This document shows, piece by piece, positions 55,155 to 64,000 of a stretch of DNA of 64,000 bases. The notes beneath the pieces were generated by a model, which saw nothing but the letters and a program-made list of their open reading frames with translations, searched no databases and was not told where the DNA came from. The stretch lies in NCBI GenBank assembly GCA_951406725.2, contig OX597836.1:4216001-4280000 (forward strand). The letters run 5' to 3'. Source of the stretch: Octopus vulgaris (Eukaryota). The stretch's first letter is position 1. Every line of letters starts with the position of its first letter. Position numbers and translations under genes: made by a program.

Positions 55155-55421
55155 TACATGGACATATATGTATTGAATTAGTTAGAGTTAGAGAGAATGG
55201 TAGTGATGTATGGTTAGTTGTCTTTACTTTCACGTGTGTTTTGGTTACTGGCAATTTGGCAAGTGGTTTGTCCCTGTTTGCCAAGAGAGTATGGAACTCC
55301 ACAACAGAGATAATTATAATCAATCTGCTTAGCGCATTCTTCAATTGTATAGGATTAATTCGATATAAATATATCGACTGCAACATACAACTAGAACAAC
55401 AACAGCAATAATGATGATGCT

Positions 55422-55422
<1 letters not shown>

Positions 55423-55471
<49 letters not shown>

Positions 55472-55477
55472 GAAGAA

Positions 55478-55540
<63 letters not shown>

Positions 55541-55567
55541 AAGAAGAAGAAGAAGAAGAAGAAGAAG

Positions 55568-55597
<30 letters not shown>
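55423..55597. repeat. (TAA)n followed by pure (GAA)n
   Basis: Direct reading. Confidence 0.95.
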
Positions 55598-55599
<2 letters not shown>

Positions 55600-55858
55600 C
55601 ATACATCTGTGTAACTACAATACTAACGTAACAACAAATAGTTTAGTAAAGATATTACTGCGCCTACAATCAGATACGTGGACGAATAGCCTTCCCTTTT
55701 TCTTTCTAGAGCTATGTCAAGTGAAATGACCACAGTGGAGTCGGGACACATAAATTCTTTTTTTTATGGTTTTGAATAGAATTAGTGTTGTCTTTTCATT
55801 CGCGTAAGGGATTTTACGCTAAGCATCGTCTTCCTCCGATTTACAGAAAAAAAAACTA

Positions 55859-56358
55859 GGCCCTGCCCTATTTAACATTGTCCCGAGGGAGATCAAAGAG
55901 GAAAAGGATCCCATCAACTTTAAACAGAGTCTGGATAGATTCCTTCAAAGAATACCAGATAAGCCACCCATAATTGGATACAACTCACCCAACAAGAACT
56001 CACTACTTGAACAAAACTGGATACAACTCACCCAACAAGAACTCACTACTTGAACAAAACTGGATACAACTCACCCAACAAGAACTCACTACTTGAACAA
56101 AACTGGATACAACTCACCCAACAAGAACTCACTACTTGAACAAAACTGGATACAACTCACCCAACAAGAACTCACTACTTGAACAAAACTGGATACAACT
56201 CACCCAACAAGAACTCACTACTTGAACAAAACTTGACTTAAACAAAACTTGACTTAAACAGGATTCGAATAATCCCATCAGGTGGTGCTATTAAGTTAGA
56301 CATGGCCTGGACCAATCTTTGGTCGAAACATATCTAAGTTTATCTAAGTTTATCTAAG
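55859..56358 (+). mobile_element. 5'-truncated CR1/L2-group LINE 3' end
   Basis: GPALFNIVPREIKEEKDPINFKQSLDRFLQRIPDKPPIIGY matches the ..WN.LP......FK..LD.FL..IPD.P RT tail; 3' stem-loop gacca-atctt-tggtc; tail of about three tatctaagtt units. Confidence 0.8.
55975..56232 (+). repeat. Six identical tandem copies of a 43-bp unit
   Basis: tggatacaactcacccaacaagaactcactacttgaacaaaac starting at 55975, 56018, 56061, 56104, 56147 and 56190. Confidence 0.97.
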
Positions 56359-56497
56359 AGGCAAGAGATAGAAATATGAGAGGCAGCGTGACATAGTAAC
56401 AACTTGAATCTTTCACAGAAATAATACCGATCTCTCTATCACATTGTAACATTCAGCCAACCACACACACATGTATACACACACGCACACACACACA

Positions 56498-56593
<96 letters not shown>

Positions 56594-56785
56594 TAATAGT
56601 AATCGTAATACAACAAATGAATGAATGAGACCTCGATATTATGTAACTAGACGAATTTACTGAGATTTTCTTTCGAATAAAATTAGACTTTTCTTTTATA
56701 TTTCAAAGTTCTACTGGAGCATATGGCATTGTAGCATGTATTTTAAGAAATATACGGATATATATATATATACACACACACACAT

Positions 56786-56832
<47 letters not shown>

Positions 56833-57201
56833 AACATATAGACATATATGCACATTTATACATATATATATATATAGATATTTATATATGTATACATACA
56901 TATATACATATATACATATACACATATATATTTACATATATACATATATATAAATATGCACATACATACATACATACATACATATATACATATACACTTA
57001 CAAGTAGCTTTCGAGGAATTTTGAGCATCACTGATATATTTACACTTACACAGGTAACAAACACCTGCATCAATAATAAGGTGCTAACACACACATCTAT
57101 CTACCTGTCTCCCCACCCACCTACCTACCAACCTACCTACCTACCTATCTTTCTATCTCTCTCTCTCTACCTAGCTAACTACATAAAACATTATCTATCT
57201 G

Positions 57202-57236
<35 letters not shown>

Positions 57237-57246
57237 GTCTATCTAT

Positions 57247-57648
57247 CTCTTTTACTTGTTTCAATCATTTGACTGCGGCCATGCTGGAGCATCACCTTTT
57301 AGTCGAGCAAATCGACCCCGGGAATTATTCTTTGTAAGCCCAGTACTTAATCTATCGGTCTTTTTTGCCGAACCGCTATGTGACGGGGACGTAAACACAC
57401 CAGCATCGGTTGTCAAGCAATGCTAGGGGGACAAACACAGACACACAAACATATACACACACACTTATATATATATACATATATACGATAGGCTTCTTTC
57501 AGTTTCCGTCTACCAAATCCACTCACAAGGCATTGGTCGGCCCGGGGCTATAGCAGAAGACACTTGCCCAAGATGCCACGCAGTGGACTGAACCCGGAAC
57601 CATGTGGTTAGTTAGCAAGCTACTTACCACACAGCCGCTCCTGCGCCT
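57247..57648 (-). mobile_element. Full-length young SINE family B inserted in a (TCTA)n tract
   Basis: Minus strand begins ggcgcaggagcggctgtgtggtaagtagc (A-box-like), then ggttccgggttcagtcca (B-box-like), and ends gaaacaagtaaaagag. Confidence 0.95.
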
Positions 57649-58097
57649 ATATCTATCTATCTATCTATCTACTTGTCTATCTATCCACCTACCTACCCAC
57701 CTATCTATGTAGTTGTCTATCCATCTATCTACCCACCTACTTACCTACCTACCAACCTACCTAACTCTCTGTTCATCTCTCTCTATTTATCCATCTATTT
57801 CTCTTTCTTTTTGTCTCTGTCGTTCTGTCTCTCTCTCCCTCTCACGCTCTGTATACATATATATAACTTAAAATGCATCGAAACAGAACAAACACTTGCA
57901 CACAAAACGCCTGCACGCACATATTTGTAAGTTCGCACGTGTGCATGTTTGTGTGTTTTCGTAAAAGTTTTACTTCCTGTGTCTTTCTTTTTTGTCTGTC
58001 TGTACACTTTCTCCTTCCTGTGTCAGTGATGAAATTTTTCATGCAAAATAGTTTTGCAGTTGGATGAATAAACGATATATATGGAGAGGCATATATT

Positions 58098-58149
<52 letters not shown>

Positions 58150-58905
58150 ACGAATGATGAACATACATAGATGTAGAGAGGAAGAGAGCAGAAAGAATGA
58201 AAGGCGTAGAGTTAAACTGAGTGAAATAAGTACGAAATAGTTAATGAAATAGTTTAAAACAAATATACATCGAAAACCATAGGTTTAGCATCTTGGAATG
58301 AAAGAAAGGAATGAAGAAAGAAAAAGAGAAAGGAAATGAATAAGAAAAAATGCAGAGGAAAATAAGAAAATAAAACCACATGACAAAATATATAAAACTA
58401 AAGAAACCCCATAAAAAATTTCTCGATATGAATGAAGAAATAAAGAGAATGACAAAATGACAAGATGGAGTTTACACATTCTACGTGGACATCAAGAGAA
58501 TTCATCGTGTATAACGGGCAGAAAAAATAATGTTTAAAAACTGTATCCAAAATGGCGTCTAGAATGTAGTCGACGACGGAAGCCATGTGCAGTAGTGTAT
58601 TACATTTCAATCAGTCACTATTTCTATCAAGCTCGCCCCCCACTTTTCTTTTTACTTTTCTCACTATCTCTTGTTTTGGTTTTTAGAGAGCTTCAGCTGT
58701 ACCTTGGATAACCTCAGGGATGCACACAGATTTTTTAGTGTTATATATGCGTTTTGTTTTTGTTTGTCTATATTTCTTTCTTTTTGTTAGTTTCCCATTA
58801 AGTTCTGTATCTTTACTTATACGCGATAAACCTCTAGGCTTCGCATATGTGTATGTATGCATGCATGTGTGTGCAAATGTGTCTTTATATTAGCATATAT
58901 ATAAG

Positions 58906-58936
<31 letters not shown>

Positions 58937-58992
58937 ATGTGTGTCTGTGTGTGTGCGTGTGTGTATATGTGTATGTATATCTATATTCATGT

Positions 58993-59057
<65 letters not shown>

Positions 59058-59165
59058 TATATATATGCATGCATACGTTCATACGCATGTATGTTTATAC
59101 ATTTTTGTGTACGTATGCATACTGTATATATATGTATAAAATATACTTACGAATATGTACATAAG

Positions 59166-59214
<49 letters not shown>

Positions 59215-59784
59215 CTCACTCTATATATATATATAATTATATACACACTGATAGGTAGATAGATAGATAAATCAATACAAACATATACATTATTTACACA
59301 TGAATATACTGTGGAGTAATGTGTCAAAATATTTTAGATGTTCGCTCCGTAGTCACACGAACACAGTATCGATCTTGCTGCGTGGCCTTTTAGGCCAAAG
59401 TTATGTCAAAAGCCACCAAACAGTACATAACTACTAAGTAAATTCCGGTAGATGGACAACGAGTCGCTGGCCTTCGTCTGAACTGCACAGTTAATTTGAA
59501 GGTTGAACATTATGACATTTGTCTCTTAATATGAATCAGTCTGAGTGTTGCCTGTCAATTAAAACACTCCGCACTTTTACGCTTATTAACCGATTATTTC
59601 AGATCAGTTTTGCCGAGGGAATCAGGCCTCATACTCAGATAGTCGACTTCCTTTTATTTACTGCATTCACGTACGTTTATCAATTTGTAGATATATGGTC
59701 AACAGATGAAAGCTAGAGTAGAAAATACTTAGTGGTGCTCAAATGGTTGAAACAAATACATAGAAAACGACGCACACACATGTA

Positions 59785-59842
<58 letters not shown>

Positions 59843-60329
59843 AAAGCTTTGAATAAGTTACTGTATGTCAAATCCACTCCTAATTCTTATGTGGGCCTAG
59901 GGTAAAATGCTAGATTAAATTATATTTACTCAACGTGCGATGCAAGAGTGAACCGTGAACCATATGGTTGGGGAGCAAGCGTCTTACCATACCACAGATC
60001 CACGTCTGCACCTCGCAAACGTTTTGTTAGCTTCTTAATTTCAATGAAATAAATTGCTCTTTCTATTATTACGCTTCACAATTAAAACAATGAACTCTAA
60101 GAAATATTAGAAAATAAACAGAAAACAGACTCACAGCTTACATTGCTCTGAAATATTCTTCGCGTTTTCTTGTAAGAATTCTTTGACATTAAATTCAACT
60201 TTTCGTTAGCTGGGTAGCATTTGATGCATATAATACACGCTGTGTGTGATTTGAGATTTATTCTTAACAGGTGTATTGTCAGGTGAAGGTGCGACGTTTT
60301 GTTGGTGTCTAATGTTTTACTGTTTGCTC

Positions 60330-60860
60330 CGTTGCTTTGCCACCTGTTGATATCGCCTCCTGGGTAATACTTATTTTATATTCAAAATTTCCTTATGCTC
60401 TTGTCTCGTTTGTGAATTCAACCGTTCATCGATTATTACCAAGGATATTTCATATCTGTATGAATACTCTGTCAGTCGTATAAGTATTCGTTAGTTTCTT
60501 TCATTTAAATGAATTTTATGTCTCTGATTTTGTTTCCATTCGAATGTTTACGTCTAGAATTGATGTTGTACTGCTCGGGCTATTATTTCTACTGGTTCGG
60601 TTGTAAATTCTTAGAATAATTTACATGAATTTTTTGGTTTTAATTTCGCGACACCTTCCCATGTGTTGATTAGAACGAGTACATCTTCCGCATACATGCT
60701 ATATCACACGTTTGTCTTGCTATTGTAATACCATCATATTGACCTGCAAAACGTGCATTCCACTGGAACGTATGTGCCAATGACTTTGCATAATCTGATC
60801 CACAACGATCGGTTCGTCTACTCACTTGCGATTAGTCGCATTCGTCACAATTGAGGGTCT
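60330..60860 (-). pseudogene. Decayed non-LTR reverse transcriptase fragment (RTE-like)
   Basis: Minus strand GITIA..MYAEDVLVLI (YADD remnant at 60683-60694), with KY/LG and EFTNETRA remnants downstream. Confidence 0.5.
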
Positions 60861-62047
60861 TCCAGCGTGGAGTTTGCCTTCAATATTTATTTCGTATTTA
60901 GCCATCACTAAATAATGATTTTTACCAATAGTATCATCACCGTAATCAATATTTATACGGACATCGAGCCTCTGGCACCACTCCTAAGTAATTAAGTACT
61001 CAATGGCTGTTCACTGCTTTTGGTTTGCACCTGTTTTTGCGGGAAACGTTGAAGGGGGCCAAGAGCTTCTAAAGAGAATAAGCTTCTTTATCAACGTGTG
61101 CAATTTAAACCTCCCGAAAAGGGTGAGAGATTTCGATGTAAGTCTCCAGATATAAGTTCCGGATGAACCTGCCGCGCAGTCAGAAACGCAGATGGGATTA
61201 GCAGCATCTAATCAGACCCCCTTATTCACCAAATTCCACGTATATGAAGTAGTTTCAAGTAGTGAAGGTGTAGCGAAGCTAACGGCAATGCCCCAGCATG
61301 GCCGCAGCTCTGCAGCTGAAACCAGTTCAGAATTAAAGATTATGATCAGAAATAAAAATTTCGCCAACGCTTGAATTATCTCAGTACAAACCTCGTATCG
61401 CTCCCGGCGCTTTTACATAGGTTAATATCGTTTATTTATTAAATCAAGAACTTCTCAAAGATTAACATTCACTGTTTTTACATAATTACGCGGGGCTCCG
61501 TTTTATGGCATTCACCTCCGAGACTACTTTAGTTGCATTAACCACGTTTACAGATTATTTATCTTTGAGAGATTCTTGACCAAGGTAGAGCAGTGTGATT
61601 TCTATTCTTCTTTAATTCTTGTAGACATATTTCGGTTCTTAAGTAGACGTTAATAGCGATGACGAAGATCATGATTTCGTCTGCAGTGAGTTTATGTCGG
61701 ATGGGGTTTAGGAACTCGTCTTCCTGTGCGAATATAATTCTTTTATTTATTTCGTTGTGTCTTATTACGTAATCACAGAGATTCCTGTATGTCATCAACA
61801 GCTCATAAAATTCCCTTTTTTTATATTAGACATTTCTACTTTACAGATTTATCGATAGTGCTCTTTAAGTATGGAATTTCCGCTCCTACGAAGAAACTTA
61901 CACGGAAATTTAGCCTGAATAAGCGTATGTATGAGAGAGAGAGAGACAGAGAGAAAGAGAGAGAGAGAGAGGGAGTGTGAGTGGTGTGCGTGTTAGTACG
62001 TGTTTGTGGCTTAGTGTGTATATATGCGTGTGTGTGTGTATGGATGT

Positions 62048-62098
<51 letters not shown>

Positions 62099-62675
62099 TG
62101 TGCGTGTGTGTCTGTGCGTGTGTCTGCGTTTGTGTGTGTCTACGCCCTCCGAATTTCACTGAAATTGCTCCCCGGTGCTTTATTGTACATTTTGGTTTGA
62201 AATTAAACAGCTGTATTGATGGTGTCCTCCTCTCACTCCATGACACGACACTTCTTCTCCTCTCCTCTCCTCCTCCTCCATCACCTCCTCCTCCTTCACC
62301 TCCTCCTTCTTCATCGTTATCCTAGTCTTGTTGTTCTTGTTTTTACCCTCGTTCTTGTTGATGTTCTACTTCTTCCCCTTCTTTCTCCCCCGTCTCCTCC
62401 TCCTCCTCCTATCACTCTTCTTCCCCTTTTTCTTCCAATCCCTCAACCCCCCCCCGCTTTGTACACTGATACGTTAATATTGAATTAGAGAATCCGCTAC
62501 GCAGATTGACTCTAATTATCTCTCGTATGGTCTTCCATACAAACTTGCCAAAATGGGATACACTGCTTGCCAAATCGCCAGTAATCAAATTACAAACACA
62601 AACCTTTACCGAATAACCGCCAATACACACACATACACACATACACAGGCGGGTATGTATGTATGTGCATGTATG

Positions 62676-62940
62676 TCATTATTCAGTTATATTCCAAGAT
62701 TTCTTGCCAACGGAGAAAGAACCGGTTTCTAACCTAGATCCAAGGCTTCTTCATTGGAATTTCTGCATCAACACCAGGGTAGTTTTGCATGTATGTATAT
62801 CTCTAGGTATGCGTACAGAATTGTATGTTTTGTTTCATGTATACATTCTCATGCATATAATTGCATATCGAGACAGGCTCATATATATTTAAATGATAAA
62901 CTTCCGAAAGTTTTACTGACATTTATAAAATTTTGCTGAG
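62676..62940 (-). mobile_element. Dispersed repeat family H1
   Basis: Reverse complement matches 30009-30201 and 9840-9942. Confidence 0.8.
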
Positions 62941-62959
62941 CTTATCTACCATACCTAAA

Positions 62960-63022
<63 letters not shown>

Positions 63023-63054
63023 TATATATATATATGTATATATACATATATATG

Positions 63055-63104
<50 letters not shown>

Positions 63105-63238
63105 GTAGGATAAAATTTTTTCGAAAAAATTATTTTATCAATGGCCAGCATATTAAAAAGTACCTTTAAAGGTTTAATTATAAACAACTTATAAATAAGG
63201 GCAAACGAAAAGATTAGAATTTTTTTCCGTTTATAATT

Positions 63239-63295
<57 letters not shown>

Positions 63296-63316
63296 AGATA
63301 GATAGATAGATAGATT

Positions 63317-63369
<53 letters not shown>

Positions 63370-63370
63370 G

Positions 63371-63445
<75 letters not shown>

Positions 63446-64000
63446 AGACAAAACTTATTCAGAAGATAAGTAGAAATGTACATGAATATTGATATTTATA
63501 CATATAGAGCCAAAAGCACAATGGAGTAGAGCATAAACACTGCACAAGAGTAACGAGGCGAATCTTCGTACCTGCAAGTTTGGAATTACGTAATGATTGT
63601 AATGTTAATAATCAGCAAAAGTGAGATATTACAGTTTGACCGGCTTCCTTCATCAAGAGAAAGAATTGACAATAATGGTTCACAATGTAGTGTGAGAGAT
63701 TTAGGGAGGATGAAGAGAAGGACCAAAATGCATAAAATGCAGGGAGCTACAGGATGTAAGAGGTTCGGAGAGGGAACGTAGGGAGTGGAGAAGGAGTTAG
63801 AATAAATACAATACATGCATGCATATGTATATGAATATAAGTAGATATACACATACATACATACACAGGCGCGCGCACACACAGAGGCTACCAGTCACAC
63901 ACACACACATCCTCAGATATGTAAACACATACATATATATATATACACACACATGTATTTGAATACTTGTATGAATTACAAATAAATACTAATTAAGACA

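Noticed and set aside
55975-56232. CRISPR-like array
   Set aside because: Units are contiguous with no unique spacers, lie inside a LINE 3' end, and there are no cas genes in this eukaryotic context
63625-63665. Minus-strand TTGATGA..CAAA hammerhead-like remnant (similar weak cases at ~31690-31720 and ~34855-34885)
   Set aside because: Multiple core mismatches and no stem I

Overview
Very AT-rich, microsatellite-saturated eukaryotic DNA. The repeat content (huge (TA)n/(CA)n/(GATA)n/(TAA)n arrays, three tRNA-derived SINE families) points to a coleoid cephalopod, most likely Octopus; this is an inference from remembered repeat families. I can recognise no intact host protein-coding gene. Nearly all ORFs in the supplied track are translations of microsatellites or SINEs, so the window looks intronic or intergenic, with a few weak candidate exons. 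Identifiable transposon relics: an L1/Tx1 zinc knuckle, a Gypsy integrase, a DD37D (maT) Tc1/mariner, other mariner pieces, RTE-like RT fragments, a Penelope-like element, the 3' end of a Dong/R4 element inside (TAA)n, and a young CR1/L2-type 3' end carrying six perfect 43-bp repeats. The most interesting signal is a set of minimal type-I hammerhead ribozyme motifs with palindromic stem III. One is near-canonical at 17368-17415, one ends the Penelope element, and one is a U4C variant at about 36.7 kb; several more are core-mutated. Most sit in short non-coding, often fold-back, elements lodged in microsatellites. This suggests a family of non-autonomous ribozyme-bearing (retrozyme- or Penelope-derived) elements.
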